Positions 19,001 to 29,552 are shown, numbered from the stretch's first letter. The stretch is 64,000 bases of DNA from Gemmatimonadales bacterium (GCA_965249575.1 OZ252244.1:3296001-3360000); one strand, 5' to 3'. The notes: generated by a model not told the origin, from the sequence alone. Translations and numbers: made by a program.

Positions 19001-19003
19001 GCG

Positions 19004-22000
19004 ATGGGCGGCTTGGGGGGTGACGAACCAGGCGCCACTGCCGTCGAGCGCGCGAAACAGATCTTTCGCTTTCTCAAAGCGTTTGCCGAGAGGAACGTGC
19101 CCGTCAGGCGCCGGCTCTCGGACCATCATTGGACGCAGTGGCTCCGGGAGTTGCCGGACCACCCGTGCATTGTCATAGGTGAAGTGCAGTTGGCAGCCGG
19201 TGGAGAGGTCGGCGCGGCAATCGACGGTTCCGGCGACCAGTCGCTCATCACTATACGGCGGCCGAACACGACGCAGGCGCCGGCTCCGCCGGACATCATC
19301 CTCGATTTCCTGCAGCAGGGTTGGCGCGATCCCGACAAGGGCATCGAAGTCCTCATGGCGCGCAACGTCGTCCGAGACGGGCAGACCGTGAGTGACGAGT
19401 TCGACGCGGACGTGCGTCGCGTGCAGGCCCTGGAGCGCTGGCGCGTGTCCTGGAACGCTTGGGCTGTGGTCGAGCGCCCAGCTCGCCGTGCGATGCATGC
19501 CTTTGAGCGGGTCTATGAGTTGAAGGGACGGATTGATCGAGAGAGCGAGCGGGTGGAGTTGATGTTGGGCGACGGACGCTTGCGGTGGAGTAACTCCTCG
19601 GGAGCCGTGGACCATCCCGTCCTGCTTCAGCGTGTCGAACTGGTGTTTGATCCAAACGTCCCCGAGTTTCGAATCGTCGACACTGATCGCGAACCCGAGC
19701 TTTACGGGGCGATTCTCCAGGGTGGTGATTCGCTCTCAGCCCAGCATCTCAACACGCTTCGCTCGGAGCTTGAAAGCGGAGGCTACCATCCGCTCGCACA
19801 GGATGGCACCAACGCCTTCCTGAGGCGCCTCGTGCAGATGCTTGCGCCGAACGGTGCCTTCGACGCCAGTGCGACCGATCGCGCTATCAGCGAACACCCG
19901 GTCATCTCGCGCGATGCCGTCCTCTTTCTGCGCGATCGCTCGTCGGGCTTCCCCGCCGCCTTCGATCGGGTGCTGGAAGATCTGGAACGCCGCGGCGACG
20001 TGCCCGTCTCGCTCACTCGGCTGGCAGGCATCGAGCCGCCCGTTTCCGGCGAGCCCGAAGTGGGGGAGTGGTCACCTTGGGGCGAACCACCCGACATTCT
20101 GCTGAGCAAGCACACAAACGAAGAGCAAATTCAGATTGCACGCGCCCTTGAACGCCACAATGCAGTCATCGTTCAGGGTCCGCCCGGTACTGGTAAAAGC
20201 CACACCATCGCCAATCTGATCGGGCACCTCGTCGCACACGGAAGACGGGTGCTCGTCACCAGCCACACGACCAAGGCCTTGAGGGTACTGCGAGGCCACA
20301 TCGTCGAGACCCTGCGGCCACTCTGTGTCGCTTTGCTGGACAACGACCTGGAGGGACGCACGCAGATGGAAGAGGCCGTGAGGGGGATATTGGCCCGACT
20401 GGACGCATCCGACCCCGCGACGCTTGAAGCAGGGGTGGCGGAGTGCGCGGTACAGCGCACGACCCTCAACGCCAACATCGCGAAAATCACGCAGGACCTA
20501 CAAACCGCACGGGAGGCGGAGTACATGCCGCTCCTCCTCGGCGGCGAATCGATCCTTCCCTCAGAAGCCGCTCGTTGGACGAAGGGCAATGAGGACGGGA
20601 ACCGTTGGATCCCCGGCCCAGTGGAGCCCGGAGCGCCGCTCCCGCTGTCGAGCGCACAGCTGTCTGAGCTCTACGAGACGAATGGACAGCTCAGTCATGA
20701 TGAGGAAGAAGAGCTTCGACAGGGCGTGCCTCCAATCGAGGCGATCCAGACCGCCGAGGTATTTGCCGCTATGGTGGAAGCACTCGATGCATCGGAGCCC
20801 CCCGAGTTGGCCACGTTCTGGGAGCGACCGGCACTCGAGAGCGAATTACCGCTCTTGCAGCGGCTGCGCCACCTCGTGGCCGCTGCGGTGCAGGACTTGG
20901 GGCAGGTCGAGCAGTGGCAGCGCGCCGTCATTGCCGCCGGGCACGCTGGCGGTAATGATGCAACTCTGTGGAGGCAGCTGGGCACTGCCGTGAACGACGC
21001 GGAAGCGCGGCTACAACGCGCCAGGCCGGCGTTCATTGAATGTGCCCCCCAGCTTCCGGCGGGGATGCTGCCGGAGGATGCCGCGCGGCTTGCGCGAGAA
21101 GTCGAGGGCCATCTGGTGCAGGGCGGATCCCTGAGCGTCCTGGGCCTGCTTTTTCAGGCCAAGTGGCGAGCCTTTCTGCGTGCCGCACGATGCAATGGCC
21201 ACGCTCCGAGTACGATCGCAGAAGTCCGCGCGCTGCGATCTCGCGCCGAGCTGGATGAGGCCCGCGCGAGGCTAGGGGTGCGATGGAAGAGACAGGCCGA
21301 GCCGGTCGGTTTGCCCGCCTTCCGATCGCTTGGCGACGAACCCGAGCCGAAGCTAAAGGGGTACGCGAACCAGCTGGGGGAACTGCTCGCTTGGTGGCAC
21401 GACCGCTGGTCGGGGATCTGGACTGCGGCGACGAGCGCCGGGTTCCGTTGGGAGGCGTTTCGCAATCAGGAGGTGGCCCGTTCTGAACCGGCGACTCCGT
21501 TCGAATGCGATGCCGCCATTCTACGCAAGTCTCTTCCCAACGCCCTCGCGCTTCGTCTCGCGACGGCCCAGCGCGCGGCCGCCGAGCGTCTGCTGCATGA
21601 ACTCGAAACGATGCTTGCTCCCTATCGAGGGACCCGGAGCAGAGCCGTTCACGCCGCTGTCCAGACTAGGGACTGCGCGGCGTATGCTCTGGCCCGCGAC
21701 GATGTGCGTGTGTTGCTCGACAAGGCCGATATCACCACTCGGCGCGAAGCCCTTCTCGGCAAGCTCCGACCGGCCGCACCGGAATGGGCCGGCGCAGTCC
21801 TCCGGCGCCGGCAACCGCACGGTGAAAGGAAACTCCCCGGCGACGCGACGACCGCGTGGCGGTGGCGACAACTGCATCAAGAAGTGGAGCGGCGCGCAGC
21901 GCTCAACGAGGTCGAGCTGACACGACAGCTGCACCAGTGCCGAACGGAGCTTCGCGGAGCTACCGCGAAGCTGATCGATCGTCGCGCATGGCTCGGCCAG

Positions 22001-23530
22001 ATCCGGCGCATCGATCTCCCCGCGCGTCAAGCGCTACAGGGGTGGGCACAGACCCAAAGGCGAATTGGTCGGGGAACGGGTCGGCGCGCGCCGGCACTGA
22101 AGGTCGAGGCGCGAAAGCTGCTTGCTCGGGCACGTGATGCCGTACCGGTGTGGATTATGCCCCTGGCGCGCGTTGCCGAGAGCTTCGATGCGACGAAGGG
22201 AAAGTTTGACGTCGTCATCGTCGATGAGGCAAGCCAATCCGACGTGACGGGTCTGCTCGCCTGGTATCTGGGCGAGCGCGTCCTTATCGTCGGTGACCAC
22301 GAGCAGGTTAGTCCACTCGGAGTCGGACAGCAAATCGCCGCGATGATGGATCTGATCGCAGAGCATCTTACAGGTGTACCGAACAATCACCTCTACGATG
22401 GCCAATTGTCGATCTACGATCTCGCCAGACAATCCTTCGGAGGTACGATCGCACTACGCGAGCACTTCAGGTGCGTTCCTGATATCATAGACTTCTCGAA
22501 CTTCCTGTGCTATAACGGCGAAATTCGCCCGCTGCGAGATCCGACTCATGTCCCACGTCCACACGTGGTGGAGTACGTCGTCACTGGCGAAATCGAGACC
22601 GCCCGCGACAAGCGCAACGTCAGGGAGGCGCAGACTCTCGTCGCTATCATGCAGGCGCTTTCCGAGCTGCCGGAGAACAGGGATCGAACAATGGGAGCGA
22701 TCTCGCTCGTCGGCGACGAGCAGGCGGGTCTGATCCAGGATTTGGCGCTACAGGTCTCGGGCGCGGTTGAGCTGGAGCGACGGCGGTTTGCGGCTGGTAA
22801 CGCCGCGCAGTTTCAGGGAGACGAGCGTGACATCATGTTGCTTTCCATGGTGGACATGCCATCCGGAGCGGCACTGCCGCTGCGACAGGCCGATCTGTTC
22901 AAACAGCGCTTCAACGTCGCGGCGAGCCGGGCGAGGGACCAATTGTGGCTGATCCATTCGCTCGACCCGAATCGCGATCTACAGGCTGCCGATCTCCGCA
23001 GACGGCTGATCGAACACGTTCGCGATCCGACAGCCAGGCGCGATGAGATACAGCGTGCACAATCACGTGCGGAATCTCCCTTTGAGCGAAGCATGCTCCA
23101 GCGGCTGATTTCTGCGGGCTACCAGGTCGATCCCCAGGTATGGGTCGGCCAGTATCGGATCGACATCGTTGTGTCCGACGCCAATGGTCAGGTTGCACTC
23201 GAGTGCGATGGTGATCGCTTTCATGGCATCGACCAGTTGCCCGCGGACATGGCGCGTCAAGCTGTTCTCGAGCGTGCGGACTGGCGATTCATTCGCGTGC
23301 GAGGAACGCGCTACTATCGCGATCAGGAAGAGACCATGAAGTGGGTTTTTGAGGAGCTCTCGCGTTTGGGTGTGCGGCCGGTCTTAGGTGGGGCCGAACC
23401 CGGGGCTTCCACCATCGCCAGTGCGCACGCCGAATTCCGCAACACCATCGTACGCCGTGCGTGGGAAATCATGCGTGACCACGGTTGGGTTGATTCGACT
23501 CAAGCGGCGACCCTCGATTCTCACATGTAG
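19004..23530 (+). CDS. SF1 (DNA2/NAM7-like) helicase with C-terminal Vsr/DUF559-like nuclease
   Basis: QGPPGTGKS, IVDEASQ, LREHFRC, FQGDERD, RFNVAASRAR; C-terminal ESPFE..YRIDIVV..ALECDG..H..DMARQAVLE..WRFIRV. Confidence 0.9.
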   Translation: MGGLGGDEPGATAVERAKQIFRFLKAFAERNVPVRRRLSDHHWTQWLRELPDHPCIVIGEVQLAAGGEVGAAIDGSGDQSLITIRRPNTTQAPAPPDIILDFLQQGWRDPDKGIEVLMARNVVRDGQTVSDEFDADVRRVQALERWRVSWNAWAVVERPARRAMHAFERVYELKGRIDRESERVELMLGDGRLRWSNSSGAVDHPVLLQRVELVFDPNVPEFRIVDTDREPELYGAILQGGDSLSAQHLNTLRSELESGGYHPLAQDGTNAFLRRLVQMLAPNGAFDASATDRAISEHPVISRDAVLFLRDRSSGFPAAFDRVLEDLERRGDVPVSLTRLAGIEPPVSGEPEVGEWSPWGEPPDILLSKHTNEEQIQIARALERHNAVIVQGPPGTGKSHTIANLIGHLVAHGRRVLVTSHTTKALRVLRGHIVETLRPLCVALLDNDLEGRTQMEEAVRGILARLDASDPATLEAGVAECAVQRTTLNANIAKITQDLQTAREAEYMPLLLGGESILPSEAARWTKGNEDGNRWIPGPVEPGAPLPLSSAQLSELYETNGQLSHDEEEELRQGVPPIEAIQTAEVFAAMVEALDASEPPELATFWERPALESELPLLQRLRHLVAAAVQDLGQVEQWQRAVIAAGHAGGNDATLWRQLGTAVNDAEARLQRARPAFIECAPQLPAGMLPEDAARLAREVEGHLVQGGSLSVLGLLFQAKWRAFLRAARCNGHAPSTIAEVRALRSRAELDEARARLGVRWKRQAEPVGLPAFRSLGDEPEPKLKGYANQLGELLAWWHDRWSGIWTAATSAGFRWEAFRNQEVARSEPATPFECDAAILRKSLPNALALRLATAQRAAAERLLHELETMLAPYRGTRSRAVHAAVQTRDCAAYALARDDVRVLLDKADITTRREALLGKLRPAAPEWAGAVLRRRQPHGERKLPGDATTAWRWRQLHQEVERRAALNEVELTRQLHQCRTELRGATAKLIDRRAWLGQIRRIDLPARQALQGWAQTQRRIGRGTGRRAPALKVEARKLLARARDAVPVWIMPLARVAESFDATKGKFDVVIVDEASQSDVTGLLAWYLGERVLIVGDHEQVSPLGVGQQIAAMMDLIAEHLTGVPNNHLYDGQLSIYDLARQSFGGTIALREHFRCVPDIIDFSNFLCYNGEIRPLRDPTHVPRPHVVEYVVTGEIETARDKRNVREAQTLVAIMQALSELPENRDRTMGAISLVGDEQAGLIQDLALQVSGAVELERRRFAAGNAAQFQGDERDIMLLSMVDMPSGAALPLRQADLFKQRFNVAASRARDQLWLIHSLDPNRDLQAADLRRRLIEHVRDPTARRDEIQRAQSRAESPFERSMLQRLISAGYQVDPQVWVGQYRIDIVVSDANGQVALECDGDRFHGIDQLPADMARQAVLERADWRFIRVRGTRYYRDQEETMKWVFEELSRLGVRPVLGGAEPGASTIASAHAEFRNTIVRRAWEIMRDHGWVDSTQAATLDSHM

Positions 23531-24064
23531 ATGGCTGGTCCCAAAGATCCGTTGCTCGACGACTCACCCGACTTGACGCGACAGCGCCAAGAGCTAGTGC
23601 GGTGGTTCAACGATCGGGCTCCGTCGTTCACAGCGGGTTATGTGGCCGCCGTCCGCCTCCTCCACGTTCCTTCATTCCCCGCGCGTGTGCATGTCATCTG
23701 TCACTTGGTGAGGGATATCTACCAGTTCCTTCCGGCTACGCTCGGTGTGAAACGGCCGCCCCGAGCCGCCGACGTATTTCCGCCATTGGTGGCGGAGTTG
23801 GTGGGAGCGTGGTACAGATTCCCGCTGAGTGAGAAGGTCAGCCGCAGCGCAATCGATACTGGCATCGCTGTAAGCAGCCAGGTGCATCGTAGATTGCTCA
23901 AGATTGTAGAGCGGAGCAGGCGAATGAGAAAGCAACCCAGCATTGGTAGTCGTCCGATGCAGGCTTCGGGTCCTGGGATGCCCGAGTCACTCGATGATCG
24001 CCGGAGATCTACCGTGCGTCGTGTTTGGGCCGATAAGTTCGATCTATCTGCAGTCTTTCATTGA
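23531..24064 (+). CDS. Hypothetical protein, probably truncated
   Basis: ATG directly after the helicase stop; C-terminus looks like read-through into unrelated DNA. Confidence 0.4.
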   Translation: MAGPKDPLLDDSPDLTRQRQELVRWFNDRAPSFTAGYVAAVRLLHVPSFPARVHVICHLVRDIYQFLPATLGVKRPPRAADVFPPLVAELVGAWYRFPLSEKVSRSAIDTGIAVSSQVHRRLLKIVERSRRMRKQPSIGSRPMQASGPGMPESLDDRRRSTVRRVWADKFDLSAVFH

Positions 24065-24156
24065 CCAGCAGAGCTGGAGGTGTGGGAGCCGGTCCGGAAA
24101 TGCTCAGCGATTCCGGGCGTGCAATTGCCGTCCGGACCAACTGTGAGGATGGAACG

Positions 24157-24537
24157 ATGGAAGCTTCGATCGAAGCGTTCGCCGCGATCAACTTCATCAT
24201 CATGGGCGTCTCGCATCTGACGCAGCCGCGTGCCTGGGTCGCGTTCTTCGCGCTGCTCAGGAGCAAAGGCGAGGCCGGCGCCTTCGTCAACGGATTCATC
24301 ACGCTGGGGATGGGCTCGATCATCGTAGCGTTTCACAACGTCTGGAGCGGGATCCCGGTGGTGCTCACCGTGCTCGGCTGGCTGTTCGTGCTCAAGAGCC
24401 TGGTGATCTTCGTGATCCCCGGTGCCGGACTGAAGAGCCTCGGCGCCGCGGAAGCGGGAAGGAAGGTCTTCGTCGTCCCTGGCGCGTTTCTGACGCTCGT
24501 CGGGGGGCTGCTAGTCTACTCCTTGTTGAGTGGTTGA
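24157..24537 (+). CDS. Small 4-TM membrane protein
   Basis: Four hydrophobic segments with an FHNVWSG motif; high GC3 codon usage. Confidence 0.7.
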   Translation: MEASIEAFAAINFIIMGVSHLTQPRAWVAFFALLRSKGEAGAFVNGFITLGMGSIIVAFHNVWSGIPVVLTVLGWLFVLKSLVIFVIPGAGLKSLGAAEAGRKVFVVPGAFLTLVGGLLVYSLLSG

Positions 24538-24637
24538 TGAGGCACCCACGATAGCGAGCAGTAGGGCGGTGGCAGTCCAGGTTCCTGCTCCAGGCGGCTG
24601 CTGTGAAGCCGTCTGGATCAGGATATCACAAATCCTA

Positions 24638-24809
24638 GTGTGCCAATTGTGTGCCAACTGAGCCAAACACACCCAAACTCAGCCGCACTGAGAGAAAGAG
24701 CACGGCTTCGTAAGCCCTAACGCAGCAATACCTAACACACCTCAGCGATACGCAACCAAACTCAGCCAAAGTCGCTGAAACTAAATGGGGTTCAGGGGGT
24801 CACGGGTTC
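24638..24809 (+). repeat. 'TGTGCCAA' left arm plus truncated tRNA-Pro core (att 4)
   Basis: Copy of 2052-2221; tRNA identity ends in the T-loop at GGGTTC. Confidence 0.85.
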
Positions 24810-24894
24810 CCATGACCGGCGCCCTAGTGTCGAAGCGATCTCTCGGTCTCCAAGGTCGTTGGGCGACCGATTGCCGCGTGTACCGGTCCAGGAT

Positions 24895-25077
24895 TTGTCA
24901 CAAGAATTGTACAGCGCCCACGAGCGCTGGTGAGCGCCCACGAGCGTTCAAACGCCGTTTTCGGGACAAAACTACTGCTGGTGAGCGCCCACGCGCGCTC
25001 GTGAGCGGCCTCATAATCCGTCGGTCGTAGGTTCAAGTCCTACAGGGCCCATTCAAGCGGCGCGAACGCGCCGCTTT
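24895..25077 (+). repeat. att site A: left arm, 3' half of tRNA(CAT, probably Ile2) and terminator hairpin
   Basis: CTCATAATCCGTCGGTCGTAGGTTCAAGTCCTACAGGGCCCA (25010-25051), then AAGCGGCGCG-AA-CGCGCCGCTTT. Confidence 0.85.
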
Positions 25078-25345
25078 GTCGTGGGCGCTGTCGCCTTGCG
25101 CACACCGCTCCGCAGCGCGTCGCGGTGTTTGTGGTTCGCGCGGTATTCCGCGGGCCATCCGGTGGCAACTGCTCAGCTGCAGCGCCTTGTTGGGCGGCGC
25201 GCCTCCCGGCCTCGCGCATCGACTACCGGGTAACCGTGATGTCGAAGTGCAGGAATCCCCCGCGCGTCCCGTGCTTCGTGTAGAGCGCGATAGCAGGCCC
25301 ATCGCCAAGATCCGCCTGCACGGAGATCACGTAGGCCCCGTCACC

Positions 25346-27100
25346 ATCCACGCACCTCGCAACCACCCCGGTGACGGAGGTGACGGAGGTGACGGAGGTG
25401 ACGGAGGTGACGGAGGTGACGGAGGTGACGGGTTTTCCGGGTTCCGTGTGGCTCAGAACGAACAGGTGACGTAGGTCGGGAGGTCGGGACTAGAGACCCG
25501 GGAACAGATCCCGATCCGGCCACGTCGTGATGGACTCCGCCGCACGGCGAAGTGCTGGGAGCATCCGCTCGGCGTCTTCTCGGCTACCGGCATTTCCATT
25601 GAGCAGGAGCGCAAACTGCGTTCGGCCGGCACAAGCCAGTAACGCGGTCGTCCCGGGGAGATCACCCCGGTGGTACCATGCGGGGCCATCCTTTCCGCGG
25701 TCGACCACCCATCCCATCGCATAGTACTCGGAGTCGGGATTCGCTGTCTCGTGTGGCGACGTCATCGCCTGCACGGTTTCCGCCTTCAGAAGGTCGGGCC
25801 TAGTCGGATTGAGGTCGATGGCGGTGAGGAAGCGCAGGAGATCCGGCGCCGAAGCCAACCAGCCTCCGTGAGCATCCATCGCCTCGATCGAGAACCCGCC
25901 GTACGGGACGGGTACGGTATCCTCCGTACCAGGGAAGACGGTGCGGACTCGGCGGTCATCGTGGTACCGGACCTCGGCCTCAGCCCGATGCCTCAAGAGG
26001 CTCCGCGCCAGCCGCATGCGAACTGCGCCCGACGGCTCCAACACCGCACGGCGGACGTAGTCTTCGTACCGCTCACCTGTTGCCGCCTCGATGATACGCC
26101 CGAGCACTGCGTAGCCAAAATTGGAATACGCCTGTCGGGTGCCGGGATAGAAGTCGAGTCGCCGTTCTAGCATGTACCGGATGATCGTTTCAACTGAGAT
26201 CGGCGGTCGCTCCCTCATCGCCGCCGAGATCCTTCCGGGAGCGAGCATCGGGTCGAACCCGCTCTGCTGCCGGTCCCACCCACCAGCGTGGTACAAGAGA
26301 TCGCCGACGGTGACGTCACGTATACGCGGATCGAAACTCGTCCCGACCGGCGGCCGCGCGATCAGATCAAGCATACGATCGTCCAGTGAAAGCCGGCCTT
26401 CGTCGACCAGTCTCAATACGGCCGCGGCGGTGACCGGCTTTGAGACACTGGCGATGCGAAAGAGGGCTGTTGGTTGAACGTGATCGCCAGACGCGCGATC
26501 GGCGTACCCATAGCCACGGGCAAAGACAAGCCGACCATCCCGGGCTACCGCCATGGCCGCACCGGGCGCACCCGTTTGCCTCAGAATCGAGTGGACGACG
26601 AGGTCGAGTGCTTGGAGTTCAGGGGGAAGGGTGCCGGACGTCGGTACGTACTTCTGCGCTCCAACCGATTGCGTGCGCGCGACGGCGTCCCGCTGATCGC
26701 CAGCAACACCCAGACAACCGGCAGAGCCCGCCGCGTGGCCGCCACAGTAGCCGCTTACCGCCGGACCAGGTTGCTCAACTTGACGAAAACCCCGTCGTTG
26801 GTGCGCTGCACATCGTTGAGATGCGCTGCACATCGTTGAATTGAAGGGCGTTGGTCCCAGATATCGGCCTCCACTTGGGAGAAGTCGGGATGGACCATCA
26901 CCCGCCCCGCAATATAGCCCCCCACCACCGGGATTGTCGCGCGCCCGAGGACACAGCACCCGTGTATTCGGGAGCGACACAGGCCGGGGCGGTGACGCTG
27001 GGGACGCTTTTGATCTCCAGATCCCGATGACACCATCGACGCACTTCGCGAACACCAAACCACCCCGGTGACTGAGGTGACGGCTTTCCGGGGTTACGCG
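25346..27100. repeat. Second, near-identical copy of 7624-9372 (serine hydrolase unit)
   Basis: Direct repeat with only scattered SNPs and indels. Confidence 0.95.
25490..26745 (-). CDS. Serine hydrolase copy 2, with a 1-bp deletion in the signal-peptide region
   Basis: Mature protein identical to copy 1; ACGGCGTCC here vs ACGGCTGTCC in copy 1 (~26686). Confidence 0.85.
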
Positions 27101-27222
27101 TGCTCGGAAAGGCAGCTCGGGAGGTCGGGAGGCACCTGATCCCAGGCAGCGGGTGTGTCCGCCACGCGCCATTCGTACGGTGCAGCAGCAGCTCGGGCAC
27201 CGGGATCTGCGGACTACGATGA

Positions 27223-27690
27223 TCTAATTCGTCGAAACCCAAGTACTATTCCCTTTTTATCTCGTATGGACGTACCGACGAACCATTTGCCGATAGGCTC
27301 TCTCGTTCATTAGAGCAAAAGGGTGTGGACACTTTCTTCTTCCCCGTGCACGCCATGGTTGGAGAACGCCTCCATCGAGTTATGCGGGTGGGCGTGAACG
27401 ATTATGATCGCGTCATCCTCATCTGTTCTCAGGAATCACTAGGCCGGAGTGGGGTATTGAATGAAATCGAGGAGGCATTGACACGGGAGGCCCGCGAGGG
27501 TGGTCGTCAGGTTCTCATGCCTATCCGTTTGGACGACTACGTGTTCGATGGTTGGGCTCCTGACAGAGTTGACGTGAAGCAAGCGGTTTGCGACCGAGTC
27601 ATCGCCGATTTCACGAAGGCCAGAAGTAGCGATAAGGCGTTTCGATCAGCGCTGCGCACCCTGCTCAAAGGGCTCGAAAGGAACCTGTAA
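27223..27690 (+). pseudogene. TIR domain (TIR_2-like), 5'-truncated
   Basis: YYSLFISYGRTDEPFADRL..DRVILICSQESL..VLNEIEEA..LMPIRLDD; in-frame TGA at 27220 and no start before FISY. Confidence 0.8.
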
Positions 27691-28258
27691 CGCTCAACGA
27701 GCCGGCTGTCTCGTTGCCCCCCCTCGGGGGGCCCCCGCCAGGGTCGAGCGAGCCCCACGACAACCGTGCGGAAATCCCCGCCCGTGCTTACCGACCACCG
27801 ATGCTCGACCCAGACCCGTTGCCGCCCGGTACCGAGGTTACGGCGGATGCCGCGGATAGGATGCTGCTGTGGAACACGACGGAACCTGCGGTCCCCCCCG
27901 AACGGATCCACCGAACCGCCTGCCCGACGCCCACCGGCCGAAAGTACGACGACGACATCGGACGATTGGCGGGCTCAGATCCGACCGTTCTACCGATGCG
28001 CTGAACCATGGCAGTCGTTATCATCGCGCCATGGCAGACCAAAGTGCAATAACCTCACATTCCCCGTTCCCGCCGTTGGCACGACGCGGCCGGCGGAGGG
28101 ATGATCTGAACAACGAACGGACGATCGACGTGAACTCCTCCGCCAGAGGGGACGGGCGCGTGATCGCCCTGTTGATCGTGCACACTGACCGCCGAAACGT
28201 CCGGCTCCGAATGCATAAATCACCCCGGTCGCGTCATTCGGCAGGCTAAGGAGGCGCA

Positions 28259-29416
28259 ATGAAGGCCATTGTCCAGAAAAAATACGGAGCGCCGGAGCAG
28301 GTGCTCAAGCTGGAAGAAGTCGACCGCCCCTCGGTCGGCGACGACGATGTTCTCATTCGGGTGCGGGCCACCGGCGTGAATACTCCGGACTGGATCACGG
28401 TGACTGGAGTGCCCTACGTTATCCGACTGCAATTTGGGCTCCGACGGCCGCCGACCCCGGTGCGGGGCACCGATATCGCCGGGGTCGTGGAGGCCGTCGG
28501 TAAGAATGTGACCGACCTCGAACCCGGTGACGAGGTGTTCGGGTCATCGTGGGCCGACACCCTTGCCACGCCCGGCACGTTCGCGGAGTTCACCGTGGCT
28601 CCCGCGTCCAATCTCATCGAAAAGCCGGCCAGGCTCACCTTCGAGGAGGCGGCAGCATCTGTCATGTCGGGCCTGACCGCGCTGATCGCCATGCGCGATG
28701 TTGGGAAGGTCGGACCGGGAACCCGGGTCCTGATCAACGGCGCGTCGGGGGGTGTCGGAACGTTTGCGGTGCAGATCGCTAAGGCGCTCGGTGCGGAGGT
28801 GACCGGCGTCTGCAGCACTCGAAACCTCGAGTTGGTCCGGTCCCTCGGCGCGGCTCACGTCGTCGACTACGCGGAGGAGGACTTCACCCGTGGCGAAGAG
28901 CGCTACGACGTCATCCTCGATAACGTGATGAACCACCCGCCCTCCGCGACGGCCCGGGTGCTAGCCCCCACCGGGATGTTCATTCCCAATAGCGTGGGGA
29001 ACACAGGGAACGTTTGCGCGGGCCTGCCGAGGATGGCGCGGGCGGCCGTGATGGGGCTGGGCTCGACCGAGGTGCAGTTCGTCAAGAACTGGGTGGTGAA
29101 CCGCGACAACCTCGCTGCCCTCTCGGCATTCCTCGAGTCCGGCGACGTCAAGGATGCCGGGACGGCGTATGAGATTCTCTCGATTGACATCGCCGACGTG
29201 GATATTGGGAGGAACATCGGGGCGGAGCTGCAAACCGACCAGGCCGAGGCCGACAAGCGCATTGCGCAAGCCAAAGCCGAGGAGCGCCGGGCCATGGCCG
29301 TCGCGGCGGAACAGGAGATGACCGCCCGGGTGCAGGAGATGAAGGCGAGGGTGGTCGAGGCAGAGGCAGCCGTTCCCCTGGCCCTGGCGGAGGCGTTCCG
29401 GAAGGGGCACCTATAG
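28259..29416 (+). CDS. NAD(P)-dependent MDR oxidoreductase fused in frame to a FloA/YqfA (flotillin-like) fragment
   Basis: [15 protein letters not shown]; after 29152 switches to [49 protein letters not shown]. Confidence 0.8.
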   Translation: MKAIVQKKYGAPEQVLKLEEVDRPSVGDDDVLIRVRATGVNTPDWITVTGVPYVIRLQFGLRRPPTPVRGTDIAGVVEAVGKNVTDLEPGDEVFGSSWADTLATPGTFAEFTVAPASNLIEKPARLTFEEAAASVMSGLTALIAMRDVGKVGPGTRVLINGASGGVGTFAVQIAKALGAEVTGVCSTRNLELVRSLGAAHVVDYAEEDFTRGEERYDVILDNVMNHPPSATARVLAPTGMFIPNSVGNTGNVCAGLPRMARAAVMGLGSTEVQFVKNWVVNRDNLAALSAFLESGDVKDAGTAYEILSIDIADVDIGRNIGAELQTDQAEADKRIAQAKAEERRAMAVAAEQEMTARVQEMKARVVEAEAAVPLALAEAFRKGHL

Positions 29417-29479
29417 TGTCTGGTAACCCTCAAGCCGTCACACCGCGCGGCGGTGGTGAACCCGTTGAATGGGGTGTTG

Positions 29480-29552
29480 ATTCGCCCAAGTGGCGCTCGA
29501 TCTTGTAGCGGTCCGCGAGGGCGGTCGAGAGGCGGGCGGTGATCTCGGGCAT
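29480..29552 (-). pseudogene. Ser/Thr kinase N-terminal stub
   Basis: MPEITARLSTALADRYKIERHLGE then unrelated sequence. Confidence 0.7.

Noticed and set aside
2197..25051. Functional tRNA genes at the Pro and CAT repeats
   Set aside because: Each has only anticodon loop to 3' end; the upstream sequence cannot form the D-arm or the 5' acceptor strand.
7758..27100. Diversity-generating retroelement template/variable repeat pair
   Set aside because: No reverse transcriptase in the window, and differences between the copies are not adenine-specific.
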